Part shown: positions 9,831-19,780 of the stretch, one piece after another | How the letters are laid out: every line of letters starts with the position of its first letter | How positions within the stretch are numbered: the first letter of the stretch is position 1 | DNA from: an uncultured Gammaproteobacteria bacterium | Lineage (GTDB): Bacteria; Pseudomonadota; Gammaproteobacteria; GCA-001735895 | Assembly (NCBI GenBank): GCA_963768295.1 | Contig: CAVYHN010000016.1 | Location: 15,803 to 79,802 of the forward strand | DNA: 64,000 nucleotides | Direction: 5' to 3' | The notes under the pieces: model-generated | Seen by the model: the letters and a program-made list of their open reading frames with translations, nothing else | What the model was told of the DNA's origin: nothing | Database searches by the model: none | Position numbers and translations under genes: made by a program

Positions 9831-12656
9831 TCAACCGGTGTTGCGCAGCCCGGCCGCAATCGCATTGATCGAACTCAGTAACGCCGACTGCCACTGCAGG
9901 CGATCGGCTTCGGGCTGAGTTTCATCGCGATATTTTTTGAGCAGTTCTATCTGTAAATAGGCGAGGGGATCGAGGTAGGGATCGCGCCGCGTCAGCGACA
10001 GCGTCAGTACCGGGTCGTTGGCCAGTAACTCGTCTATCTCGGCTATCTGCAGCACGGTCGCGATACTGCGCTCGTTTTCCCGATGGATCATGCCGTAGAT
10101 CAGGGTCGCCAGTTTCTTATTCTCGCAAAGCTTGCTGTATTCGAGCGCGATGCGCATATCGGATTTGAACAGCGACATTTGCAGGTTGCTGATCATCGCC
10201 GTGAAGAAAGGCCATTGCCGGTTCATTTCGTGCAACTGCCTGAGGCGATCGTCATCTGCCGCTATCCAGTTTTCGATGGCGGCGCCGACGCCATACCAGG
10301 CCGGCATCGTGGTGCGTGAAATGCTCCAGCCGAACACCCAGGGGATCGCGCGCACCGATGATTTGGACAGGTCGCCCTTGCGTCGATGCGACGGACGTGA
10401 ACCGATGTTCATCAAGCCGATTTCGCTGACCGGGGTGGTTTCATAGAAGTACTCGAAGAATCCCGCAGTGTCGTCGGTGAGCCGTCGATAGCTTTGTTCG
10501 GACAGCAGCGACAGTGCCTGCATCGCGGCATGATATTGTTCGTAGTTCGCCTCATCCTGGCGCTGCGACAGCATGCTCGCCTTCATCAGGCCGGTGATAC
10601 CCATCGCCAGTTCATAGTTGGCGGTTTCGGCATTGCCGTATTTGTGCGACAGGACTTCACCCTGTTCGGTAAATTTGATTTGCCCAAGCACGGTATGCGG
10701 CGGCTGCGACATGATCGCATCGTGCGTAGGACCGCCACCGCGGGTAATGGTGCCGCCGCGTCCGTGAAAAATTCGGCATTGCATGGCGTGCCGCGCGGTA
10801 ATCTCAACCACTTTCTGCTGTGCCTGGTAAAGCCCCCAGGCGGCCGACATGATGCCGCCGTCCTTGCAGGAATCGGAGTAACCGAGCATGACTTCCTGAC
10901 GGCCGCCGGTTTGACCCAGCAGCTCACGGTAAACCTCGTTTTGCAGCAGTGCGTCGAGCACAACGTCGATATGCGCGAGATCGTCGATGGTTTCGAACAG
11001 GGGCGAGATTTCAAGGCTGCAAAAGTAAGCCTCCCCCTGGCGGCCTGCGAGCCCCGCGAGAAAGGCCAGGTACATGACTTCCATGATATGGCTGGCGCTA
11101 TGCGTCATCGATATCACGTAACTGCCGATACAGCGCCGGCCGATTTTCTGGCGCATGTCGTAAATCATGTCCAGCACGGCAAGCGTTTGCCGGTTTTCGT
11201 CCGCCAGCAGGGCACGGTCGAACTCGGGTTTTATGTCGTCCCGGATCTGTGCTGCCAGCAGTTTCACGCGCTCAGTTTCAGCGAGCGTCCGGTAGTCGAG
11301 GCCAGCCGATAACTGCAGGATTTCGCTGACGGCGTCGGTATGCCGGGCGGACTCCTGGCGCACATCCAGGCTGACCAGGTGAAAGCCGAAGGTTTCGGCG
11401 ATACGTATCGCATCTTTCAGATCGCCGTTGGCAGCGGCGTACTCTCCGTGGCTCATCAGGGAGTCCCGAATCGAGTAAAGGTCGTCGAGAAAGTCCTGCA
11501 GGCTGGCATAACCCTGCTCGGCATCCGGCGTTTCCCGGTCGCGCATCTGGTTACGTACGATCGCCAGGTTCTTCTTCAGCCGGTGATGCATGTGATAAAG
11601 CTTGCGCCGGTACACCTCCTCCTCGAACTGGTCGCGGCGTTGATCGAAGGACCCAAAGCCCATGGCTTCATCCCGTTGCAGCCGCTGCAGGAATTCCTCA
11701 CTCGGGCTGAACCAGCGGGTCGACATGGTCAAAACCTGGGTCAGCCGATAAATCTGACGCACGTGTTCGCCGAGAATTTCTTCGGCCTGCATCAGCAGGG
11801 CCATACGCGTGGTGTCCGGGGTGACGAATGGATTGCCATCGCGGTCACCACCAATCCAGGAGCCGAACTCGATGAAACTGGGGACGTTTACCACCGGATT
11901 GCCGAACTCGTCCTCGCCATATATCCGCGTGATCGCCCGCTCGAGATGTCGATAGTCGATCTTGACCGCTTCAAACAGGCTCAGCTGAAAATAGTGCAGG
12001 CCCATCTTGATTTCGTCGGCCACGCTGGGTTTGCTGCCACGAACTTCGTTGGTTAACCACAGGGTTTCGATCTGCAGTTGCAGCGCGTCGACCAGGTCGT
12101 CACGTTCGAACTGACTCAGGCGTGGGTCGGTCAAGTGGTCGATAATTTTGAAAACCTCACGCTGGTGATGCATCACGGTGCGCCGCCGCGATTCGGTCGG
12201 ATGCGCGGTAAACACCGGTTTGTACAACAGGTCGTCGAACAGGGTCTGAAGCTCGTCTCTACTCACACCCTGATCCTTGAACTCCTCGATAGTGTGGTTG
12301 AACGAACCGACCCAGGCGGCATGCCCCTGTTGCCGTACCGAAACCCGGCGCAGGCGATGCAGAAAATCCTCCTCGGCGATGTTGACCAGGTTGAAATAGA
12401 TCGCAAAGGCGCGGATAACCTGGTTGATTGCCGGCGCACTGAGGCCCGCGATCAACTTCATCAATTCCTTGCGTTTGGGCTCGCTATCGCGCTTGCGCAG
12501 CTGTATGAAACCGGTGCGCAGCGCTTCGACCGCATGAAAGACTTCGGGGCTTTCGTTTTTGAGCAGCACGTTACCGATCAATTTGCCCAGCAGTTTGACG
12601 CGCGAGCGCAGCTGCTTGTCCGATTTCGCATGAAAGCTGATGGCAGGGATGGTCAT
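9831..12656 (-). CDS. ppc: phosphoenolpyruvate carboxylase
   Basis: PEPC hallmarks VRAIPWVFGWSISR, FHGRGGTITRGGGP and the C-terminal ...LRNTG. The listed ORF starts at 12752, but the MTIPAIS start at 12656 fits PEPC N-termini; the upstream extension is non-homologous. Confidence 0.95.
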   Translation of the reverse strand: MTIPAISFHAKSDKQLRSRVKLLGKLIGNVLLKNESPEVFHAVEALRTGFIQLRKRDSEPKRKELMKLIAGLSAPAINQVIRAFAIYFNLVNIAEEDFLHRLRRVSVRQQGHAAWVGSFNHTIEEFKDQGVSRDELQTLFDDLLYKPVFTAHPTESRRRTVMHHQREVFKIIDHLTDPRLSQFERDDLVDALQLQIETLWLTNEVRGSKPSVADEIKMGLHYFQLSLFEAVKIDYRHLERAITRIYGEDEFGNPVVNVPSFIEFGSWIGGDRDGNPFVTPDTTRMALLMQAEEILGEHVRQIYRLTQVLTMSTRWFSPSEEFLQRLQRDEAMGFGSFDQRRDQFEEEVYRRKLYHMHHRLKKNLAIVRNQMRDRETPDAEQGYASLQDFLDDLYSIRDSLMSHGEYAAANGDLKDAIRIAETFGFHLVSLDVRQESARHTDAVSEILQLSAGLDYRTLAETERVKLLAAQIRDDIKPEFDRALLADENRQTLAVLDMIYDMRQKIGRRCIGSYVISMTHSASHIMEVMYLAFLAGLAGRQGEAYFCSLEISPLFETIDDLAHIDVVLDALLQNEVYRELLGQTGGRQEVMLGYSDSCKDGGIMSAAWGLYQAQQKVVEITARHAMQCRIFHGRGGTITRGGGPTHDAIMSQPPHTVLGQIKFTEQGEVLSHKYGNAETANYELAMGITGLMKASMLSQRQDEANYEQYHAAMQALSLLSEQSYRRLTDDTAGFFEYFYETTPVSEIGLMNIGSRPSHRRKGDLSKSSVRAIPWVFGWSISRTTMPAWYGVGAAIENWIAADDDRLRQLHEMNRQWPFFTAMISNLQMSLFKSDMRIALEYSKLCENKKLATLIYGMIHRENERSIATVLQIAEIDELLANDPVLTLSLTRRDPYLDPLAYLQIELLKKYRDETQPEADRLQWQSALLSSINAIAAGLRNTG

Positions 12657-12803
12657 GTTCGAGCCCGGTGTCTGTAATTGCCGGAGTATACCAAAGCGGA
12701 ATCGGCGCTTTGTCGCAAAACCGCAGCGGCTGAATGCATTAGCGACCCGCAAAAAATCCGTTGAGGCTGGCTTTGCGCTGATGGCTGCGGTATAAATCCG
12801 GAC

Positions 12804-14262
12804 ATGTTGCTCTATTCTCCAGAAACGGTTTATCAGCTCGACAAGGCCGCCGTGGTCAGCGATGGTTTTGCCGAAATCGAATTGATGCAGCGTGCCGGGC
12901 GCAGCGTCTGGCGAGCATTGCAGGCGCGCTGGCCGCAGGTTGAAAAGATAACCGTATTCGCTGGTTGCGGTAATAACGGCGGGGATGCGTTCGTGGTTGC
13001 GCTGTGCGCGCGCGCGCAGGGCGTCGCGGTGCAGTTACTGGTCCAGGGCGATTTGTCGCGGCAGTCGGAAACCTCGCGTCATTTCGCCGCGCTCTGGCAG
13101 CAGGATGGCGGGACCTTCGAGGATTGGCAGGGGCAGGAACTGAGCGGGGATGTCATCGTCGACGGCCTGCTCGGGATCGGCCTGCAGCGCGAGCTGAACG
13201 CGCCGTGGCAGGACTTGATCAATACGATCAACCGCCAGGCGTCACCGCGGGTTGCGATCGACATTCCCTCGGGCCTCAACGGTTTAACCGGTAATCCGCA
13301 ACCGGTCGCGGTTACGGCACAGCTGACCGTGACTTTTATCGGCGCCAAAACCGGACAGTACCTGGCCGATGGCCCGGATTACTGTGGCGAACTGATCTTC
13401 GAAGACCTCGGAGTGTCGGCGCGCGCGCGCGCCGAGGTCGCCGCGCAGCTGGAAATTGTCGACTCCTGCCAGCTGCCGGCGCCACGCAAAAAGAATTCAC
13501 ACAAGAACCACTACGGCAATTTACTCATCATCGGTGGGGACCAGGGCATGAGCGGGGCGGTTACGCTGGCCGCAAGGGCCGCGCTGCGCAGCGGCGCCGG
13601 CCTGGTGACCGCGCTGGTGCATCCCGAGTGTCGCGCCAATCTCGCCGCGTTTCCGGAAATCATGGTGCAGGGCTGGGATGCGCTTGCAGCGAAGTTGCCG
13701 CAGGCCAGCGTGGTGATCGTCGGCCCGGGGCTCGGGGATAGCGCAGAGGCCGGCAGACTATTGCAGCGATTGCAGCAGGTGTCAGTCCCGATGGTGGTCG
13801 ATGCCAGCGCCCTGCAGGCAGATTTCCTGACCGTCGCTGGGGTCGGAGCAATGCGTGATTACACCTCATCCCGGAGAAGCCGCGGCGCTGATGTCCTGTT
13901 CGACGGCCGAGATTCAGGGCGATCGCCTGGCGGCCAGCGCCGGGCTTGCCGAGCGGTTCCGTGCCACCTGCGTGCTCAAGGGCTCCGGCACGCTGATCGC
14001 GCAAGCGGACGAATTGACGGCGATCAATACGCATGGCAATGCGGGCATGGCAAGCGCCGGCATGGGCGACGTGCTGAGCGGGATCATTGGCGCATTCATC
14101 GGGCAGGGCCTGTCGCCGTTTGCCGCGGCGCGCTCGGCGGTTTTGATTCACGCGCTGTGCGCCGAGTCCTTTAGTCTCGAGCAGGATCAAATCGGTCTCA
14201 TCGCCAGCGATATCATAGAGCGCATTCCACGCGTCGTCAGGCAGTTGCGGGATGCCGGCTAG
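12804..14262 (+). CDS. nnr: bifunctional NAD(P)H-hydrate repair enzyme Nnr (YjeF_N epimerase + YjeF_C dehydratase), with an apparent frameshift
   Basis: YjeF_N motifs (VFAGCGNNGGDAFVVA) are in frame 0 up to ~13850. The YjeF_C part (ITPHPGEAAAL...LKGSGTLIA...GNAGMASAGMGDVLSGIIGAF) continues in frame +1 from ~13855 (ORF 13855..14262). The two halves can only be joined by a -1/+1 shift between 13831 and 13855. Confidence 0.7.
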
Positions 14263-14713
14263 CTCGACCTTGTTAGTTCGCAGTGAAACCGAAATGCGTG
14301 ACCTCGGCGCCCGCCTGATCGCGGCCTGCGACCGCGGTGGCGTGATCACGCTCAAGGGCGACCTCGGTACGGGCAAAACCACGCTGGTGCGCGGCGCGCT
14401 CGAGGCCGAGGGAATTGACAGCGGGGTGCGCAGCCCGACCTATACGCTGGTCGAATACTATCCGCTGGAAAGCTTCGCCGTGGCGCATTTCGATTTGTAT
14501 CGGCTCGCCGATGCCGAAGAACTCGAGTATCTCGGCTACCGCGACTATCTGAACCCCGAAACCCTGTGCTTTATCGAATGGCCGCAGCGCGCCGGTGAAT
14601 ATCTGCAGACGATCGATCTCGAAATCACAATCGAATACGATCCCGAAGGCCGCCGTGTGTGCCTGACGCCGAAATCGGAGTGGGCCCGGGACCTGGTTTC
14701 GCGCCTGAACTAA
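14252..14713 (+). CDS. tsaE: tRNA threonylcarbamoyladenosine biosynthesis protein TsaE
   Basis: P-loop GDLGTGKTTLVRG, ~150 aa, sitting in the conserved nnr-tsaE-amiB order. Confidence 0.85.
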   Translation: MPASSTLLVRSETEMRDLGARLIAACDRGGVITLKGDLGTGKTTLVRGALEAEGIDSGVRSPTYTLVEYYPLESFAVAHFDLYRLADAEELEYLGYRDYLNPETLCFIEWPQRAGEYLQTIDLEITIEYDPEGRRVCLTPKSEWARDLVSRLN

Positions 14714-14785
14714 CCCGTTTAGCCCCGATTCCTCAAGTTTTTTTTAGAAAGGGTCACTATCTAATTAATAAATATAGAAAAATCG

Positions 14786-14814
14786 TTGATTTTTTATCAC
14801 GGATTTACTATAAA
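14786..14814 (+). promoter_or_regulatory. candidate sigma70 promoter for amiB
   Basis: TTGATT-(17 nt)-TATAAA, ~35 nt upstream of the amiB ATG, in an AT-rich intergenic stretch. Confidence 0.4.
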
Positions 14815-14847
14815 TAAGCTTCAGGTAAGGGCATAAAAACGGGAATC

Positions 14848-16023
14848 ATGGACCCATTTGCTAAAACAAGGCGACTTTTTCTTAAGCGGGTAACCCGCTA
14901 TGGGCTTTCGCTCGCCTTGCTGGCGGGTGCCAAACCTGCGCTTGCGCAGTCGAAAACGGCGCTGACCGGTATCCGTATCTCGCAGTCTACCGACGACCAT
15001 ACCCGGGTGGTATTCGACCTGACCGGGGACTTCGAACACAATTTATTTACGCTGAACGACCCGCACCGGATCGTCATCGACCTGCATGATACCCGCGAAA
15101 GCGAGGCGATCGAGATCAGCGACAAGGCCACAACCCTGATGCGCGGCATCCGCTCGGCCAGCAAGGATGGCGGGCGCCTGCGCGTGGTGCTCGACCTGCG
15201 GGGCAAGGCGCGTCCGCGAAGCTTCGAATTGAAGCCCGACGGCAAGGCGGGTCATCGACTGGTGGTCGACCTGCACGCTACCCACCTGAGTCCAACCCCG
15301 ATCAAGACCAGTCAACAGGAGCGCAGCAAGCACAAGAAACAGTTCGTTATCGCGCTCGACCCCGGTCATGGCGGTCGCGATCCCGGCGCCATCGGCAAGA
15401 AGGGCACGCGTGAAAAAGACGTTGCGCTGTCGGTCGCCAAGAAACTGAAAACCCTGATCAATCGCGACTCGGGTTACCGTGCAATACTCACCCGCGACGG
15501 CGATCGATTCGTTACCCTGCGCAACCGGGTCAAGAAGGCGCGTGAAGCCGAAGCCGATATCTTCGTTTCGCTGCATGCGGATTCGTTCCACAAATCGAAT
15601 GTCAAGGGTGCGTCGGTGTATGCGCTGTCTCTGAGCGGGGCCAGTTCGGAAGCGGCGCGCTGGATCGCGGAGAAGGAAAACGCTTCCGATCTGATCGGCG
15701 GTATCAGCCTCGACGACAAGGATGATTTAATCGCTTCGGTGCTGCTCGACCTGTCGCAGACCGCGACGATTCAGGACAGCCTGGAACTGGGCTCCGATGT
15801 GCTGCAAAATATCGGCAAGGTTTCCAGGCTCAATAATCGCCAGGTACAGCAAGCCGGATTTGCGGTGTTGAAAGCCCCGGATATGCCGTCGATTCTGATC
15901 GAAACTGCGTTTCTGTCAAATCCGGCCGAGGAAAAGAAACTGCGTAATCCCAAGCATCAGCACAAACTCGCCAAAGCGGTTTTCAGCGGCATTAAGAACC
16001 ATCTCAAGAATCGTCAGGCCTAG
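14848..16023 (+). CDS. amiB: N-acetylmuramoyl-L-alanine amidase (AmiB/AmiC family, AMIN + Amidase_3 domains)
   Basis: Signal peptide, then an N-terminal AMIN-like region. Amidase_3 motifs LDPGHGGRDPGAIG, SLHADSF and ETAFLSNP. Confidence 0.9.
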   Translation: MDPFAKTRRLFLKRVTRYGLSLALLAGAKPALAQSKTALTGIRISQSTDDHTRVVFDLTGDFEHNLFTLNDPHRIVIDLHDTRESEAIEISDKATTLMRGIRSASKDGGRLRVVLDLRGKARPRSFELKPDGKAGHRLVVDLHATHLSPTPIKTSQQERSKHKKQFVIALDPGHGGRDPGAIGKKGTREKDVALSVAKKLKTLINRDSGYRAILTRDGDRFVTLRNRVKKAREAEADIFVSLHADSFHKSNVKGASVYALSLSGASSEAARWIAEKENASDLIGGISLDDKDDLIASVLLDLSQTATIQDSLELGSDVLQNIGKVSRLNNRQVQQAGFAVLKAPDMPSILIETAFLSNPAEEKKLRNPKHQHKLAKAVFSGIKNHLKNRQA

Positions 16024-16149
16024 CCGCATACTGCATCGATTCCCCGCATGACAGTGATCCGAATAATGTCAGGGTCCTGGCCGAAAACTAAAAGTACACA
16101 CTTCACCCACTAAGTACATCGGTTTGGCGTTACCAAGCAATTTGCTAAA

Positions 16150-16962
16150 TCAGGGCTCGAGACCGTTTTGTGCAACCGGCGGGCTGGTCTGTCTTTCGGA
16201 CACAAACTTACGTACCGCGTCCCGGTAGTCGGGAAAATCCACGATGTCGTTGTGCGCGGCGCCTGCGATCATCTGGTAGTCGAGCGATGCCCGGGTAAAA
16301 CTTCGTTTTAGCGCCAGCGTATGCGCCAGCTTGACTTCCCGGTCGAACTCGGCACTGGTAATCAAAACCGGTATGTCGATAGCGCCGGCGCGGGCAGCGG
16401 AATCGAAGCGATCCCTGATCAGGTAGCGTACCGGAAACAGCGGATACATTTTCCGTCCAATTTCGGCGATGCTGTCATAGGGCGTCAGCAGGATCAGTTT
16501 TTCCAGTGAGCGATTGGCTGCCAGATACACCGCGACGCCGCTGCCCAGGCTGCGTCCGTAGGCGGTAATGGATTCATGCCGGGGCGATACTGAATCGTAA
16601 ATCGCCAGTGCGTCCGCAAAAAATCCTGCCTCGCTGGGGCTGCCCTCGCTGTTGCCATAACCGCGGTAATTGATCAGGTAGACGCTATAGTCGCGAAACA
16701 CATCTTCGAAAAATCCGCGCCGATGGGTGATCAGTTCGGAGTTGCCGCCAAAGTAGATGACCGCCCTGGCTTTGCCGGGGTTCAGTATCCAGCCGCGCAG
16801 CCGCGTTCCCTGGTTGTCAACAACCACTTCCTCGGCGTTGAAATTGGGATCGACCGGCACCGGGAAGTAAATCAGCTTGCGCTGAAACACATATAGAAAC
16901 GCTGCCAGCAGCAGGTAGATGCCGATCAACACCAGGGCGATGGAGGTGATTTCTTGCATGGG
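16150..16962 (-). CDS. α/β-hydrolase fold protein with N-terminal TM anchor
   Basis: TM segment IALVLIGIYLLLAAFLYVF; hydrolase core VIYFGGNSE...YRGYGNSEG...GRSLGSGVAVY (GxSxG nucleophile elbow). The start is taken at MQEITS, the internal Met of the listed ORF. Confidence 0.7.
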   Translation of the reverse strand, partial: PMQEITSIALVLIGIYLLLAAFLYVFQRKLIYFPVPVDPNFNAEEVVVDNQGTRLRGWILNPGKARAVIYFGGNSELITHRRGFFEDVFRDYSVYLINYRGYGNSEGSPSEAGFFADALAIYDSVSPRHESITAYGRSLGSGVAVYLAANRSLEKLILLTPYDSIAEIGRKMYPLFPVRYLIRDRFDSAARAGAIDIPVLITSAEFDREVKLAHTLALKRSFTRASLDYQMIAGAAHNDIVDFPDYRDAVRKFVSERQTSPPVAQNGLEP

Positions 16963-17046
16963 GAATTTTCGTAATCCCGGGCGGGATTTTCTGGTATTCT
17001 CTGCGTCCAAACTTTGTGCACCCATATAGTACCCAAGCAACGATCT

Positions 17047-17994
17047 ATGAACAAACTCGAACAGTTGAAATCCATGACCCAGGTGGTGGCCGATACCGGC
17101 GACCTGGACGCGATGGTGCAGTACCAGCCGCAGGACGCGACCACCAATCCCTCATTGCTGTTAAAAGCCGCCGACTTACCGCGCTATCAGCCGTTGCTGG
17201 ACGAGGCCCGGCGCTGGGGCCGCGAACAGGGCGGCAGCCCGGCCTCGCGGGCCGCCGCCGCCGCTGATTACCTGGCGGTCAGCATCGGCCTCGAAATCCA
17301 GAATATCGTGCCGGGCCGGGTTTCCACCGAGGTCGATGCGCGCCTGTCTTTCGACCGCGAAGCAACCATCGCGCGCGCGCGACGGATCATCGAGCTTTAC
17401 GAAAGCCGGGGCAGCAATCGCAATCGCGTGCTGATCAAGATTGCCTCCACCTGGGAAGGTATTCAGGCCGCGCGCGAACTCGAGCAGGAAAATATCAACT
17501 GCAATCTGACCCTGTTATTCGGGTTTGAGCAGGCGGTGGCCTGCGCCGAAAGCGGTGTTTATCTGATTTCGCCGTTTGTCGGTCGCATTCTCGACTGGCA
17601 TCTGGCGGCCAGCGGTCAATCTGCGATAGCGGCCGAAATGGACCCGGGCGTATTATCGGTTACCCGCATTTACAACTACTACAAACAACACGGCTATGAC
17701 ACCGTGGTGATGGGGGCGAGTTTTCGCAACACCGGTGAAATCGAGCAGCTCGCGGGTTGCGATCGACTTACCATAAGCCCGCAGTTAATGCAGGAGCTCG
17801 CGGCTGACGAATCCCTGCTGACCCGCAAGCTGGACCCGGAGCAGGGCGCCGACGGCATGGAAAAAATCAGCCTGGATGAAAAATCTTTCCGCTGGATGAT
17901 GAACGAGGATGCAATGGCGACCGAAAAGCTGGCCGAAGGCATCCGCCTGTTCACCCGTGACCAGGAGAAGCTGGAGTCGCGGCTGGTAGCCTGA
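17047..17994 (+). CDS. tal: transaldolase
   Basis: [42 protein letters not shown] matches the transaldolase B N-terminus; ~315 aa. Confidence 0.9.
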   Translation: MNKLEQLKSMTQVVADTGDLDAMVQYQPQDATTNPSLLLKAADLPRYQPLLDEARRWGREQGGSPASRAAAAADYLAVSIGLEIQNIVPGRVSTEVDARLSFDREATIARARRIIELYESRGSNRNRVLIKIASTWEGIQAARELEQENINCNLTLLFGFEQAVACAESGVYLISPFVGRILDWHLAASGQSAIAAEMDPGVLSVTRIYNYYKQHGYDTVVMGASFRNTGEIEQLAGCDRLTISPQLMQELAADESLLTRKLDPEQGADGMEKISLDEKSFRWMMNEDAMATEKLAEGIRLFTRDQEKLESRLVA

Positions 17995-18003
17995 ATACCC
18001 CCA

Positions 18004-19779
18004 GTGCCGCAAATCCAGACCCTCCCTTCCCACCTGATAAACCAGATTGCCGCTGGGGAGGTTGTCGAACGTCCCGCTTCGGTGGTAAAGGAACTGGTTG
18101 AGAACAGCCTCGACGCGGGCGCGGGTTCGATCACGATCGAAATCGATGCCGGCGGTACTCGTCTGATCAGGGTCAGCGATGACGGTTGCGGTATCGATTG
18201 CGATCAACTCGCGAGCGCATTGTCGCGTCACGCCACCAGCAAGATCGGCAGTCTCGAGGACCTGGAAAATATCAGTTCCCTGGGGTTTCGCGGCGAAGCC
18301 CTGCCCAGCATTGCTTCGGTGTCACGCCTCAGCCTGGTATCGCGCCTGCCGGAGGCCGATTGCGCCTGGAAGCTGCAGGGCCGGGAGGAAACCAGGCCGA
18401 TTCCCGACCCCCTGCCGCAGGGCACCCAGGTGGAAGTGCTGGAACTGTTTTACAACGTGCCGGCGCGCAAGAAATTTTTACGCACCGAAAATACCGAGTA
18501 CAAGCACATCGAAAGCCTGTTCAAGAACATGGCGCTGAGTCACCCCGCGGTCGCGTTCCGGCTGGTGCACAACCAGAAGGTGGTTTACCAGTTGCCATCG
18601 GTGCAAACCGCCGACGACCAGCTCCGCCGGCTGGCGTCACTCTGCGGCAAGAGCTTTGCCGAAAGCCTGGTGGAAATCGATGTCAGCAGCGATAGTTTGC
18701 GCCTGCAGGGATGGGTTGCCTTGCCGACTTTCAATCGCAGCCAGGCGGATATGCAGTACTTTTTTGTCAATCAGCGCATGGTGCGCGACAAGTTGATCAG
18801 CCATGCGGTGCGCCAGGCTTATCAGGACGTCCTGTTCCATGGCAGGCACCCCGCCTACGTGCTCTCGCTGACCATGAATGCGGCCGAACTCGATGTCAAT
18901 GTGCACCCGCAAAAACACGAGGTTCGCTTCAGGAATTCGCGCATGGTGCACGATTTTCTGTTTCGCAGCCTGCACCAGGCGCTGGGGAAGATCCAGCCCG
19001 AGCAGCAGATCGAATCACCCGGATTTGCCCTGGCCGATGAGGTTTCGGCGTCGCCGACGACCCAGTCCGGCTTGAGTTTCCAGGCGTATGCGCAGGGTGA
19101 TCGCTCGGCTTCGGTCCGCGAGCAAATGCAGTCCTACGCGGCACTGTTGAATCCGGCGACCGGTGCGGATGTCTCGCCATCTGCAGATCCGTCGCTACCG
19201 CCGCTGGGTTACGCCATCGCGCAGTTGAAAGGCATCTATATTCTGGCGGAAAACAGCGATGGCCTGATCGTGGTCGACATGCACGCGGCGCATGAACGTA
19301 TCGTCTACGAACGCATGAAGCAGAACGCGGACCAGGAAGACGTGATCGCGCAGCCGCTGCTGGTGCCGATCAGCTTCAACGTCAGTCAGGCCGAGGGCGA
19401 CCTGGTCGAGGAAAATGACGCATTCTTCCGCCATCTCGGTTTCAGCGTGGAGCGCCTCGGACCCGAGCAGGTCCGGGTGCGCGCCGTGCCGGCGCTGCTG
19501 AAAAATGCCGACAGTGAGCAGTTGTTGCGCGACGTGCTCGCGGACCTGGTCGAGCACGGCAGGTCGCAGCGAATCCAGCAGTATCAGAATGAAATGCTGG
19601 CAACCATGGCCTGCCACGCCTCGGTGCGCGCCAATCGTTTGCTCTCGATCGACGAAATGAACGCTTTACTGCGTGATATCGAACAAACCGAGCGCAGCGG
19701 CCAATGCAATCATGGGCGTCCGACCTGGAAGCAGCTCAGCCTGGACCAGCTCGACAAGCTGTTTATGCGCGGGCAGTAG
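18004..19779 (+). CDS. mutL: DNA mismatch repair protein MutL
   Basis: N-terminal GHKL ATPase motifs (INQIAAGEVVERPASVVKELVENSLDAGA; DDGCGI), a long linker, and a C-terminal dimerisation domain. Confidence 0.95.
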   Translation: MPQIQTLPSHLINQIAAGEVVERPASVVKELVENSLDAGAGSITIEIDAGGTRLIRVSDDGCGIDCDQLASALSRHATSKIGSLEDLENISSLGFRGEALPSIASVSRLSLVSRLPEADCAWKLQGREETRPIPDPLPQGTQVEVLELFYNVPARKKFLRTENTEYKHIESLFKNMALSHPAVAFRLVHNQKVVYQLPSVQTADDQLRRLASLCGKSFAESLVEIDVSSDSLRLQGWVALPTFNRSQADMQYFFVNQRMVRDKLISHAVRQAYQDVLFHGRHPAYVLSLTMNAAELDVNVHPQKHEVRFRNSRMVHDFLFRSLHQALGKIQPEQQIESPGFALADEVSASPTTQSGLSFQAYAQGDRSASVREQMQSYAALLNPATGADVSPSADPSLPPLGYAIAQLKGIYILAENSDGLIVVDMHAAHERIVYERMKQNADQEDVIAQPLLVPISFNVSQAEGDLVEENDAFFRHLGFSVERLGPEQVRVRAVPALLKNADSEQLLRDVLADLVEHGRSQRIQQYQNEMLATMACHASVRANRLLSIDEMNALLRDIEQTERSGQCNHGRPTWKQLSLDQLDKLFMRGQ

Positions 19780-19780
19780 C

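Noticed and set aside
9579-9881. ORF 9579..9881(+) and the palindrome CCGTTACC-AC-GGTAACGG (~9603-9620) in the FAH–ppc intergenic region
   Set aside because: The ORF overlaps the ppc 3' end and has no motif. The palindrome has no adjacent T-run on either strand, so it cannot be called a terminator. It could be an operator but this is unsupported.
10083-12677. Long antisense ORFs inside ppc (10494..11312, 11340..12056, 12078..12677 and others)
   Set aside because: ppc is unambiguous on the minus strand. The plus-strand ORFs have no motifs and show compositional bias, so they are frame artefacts.
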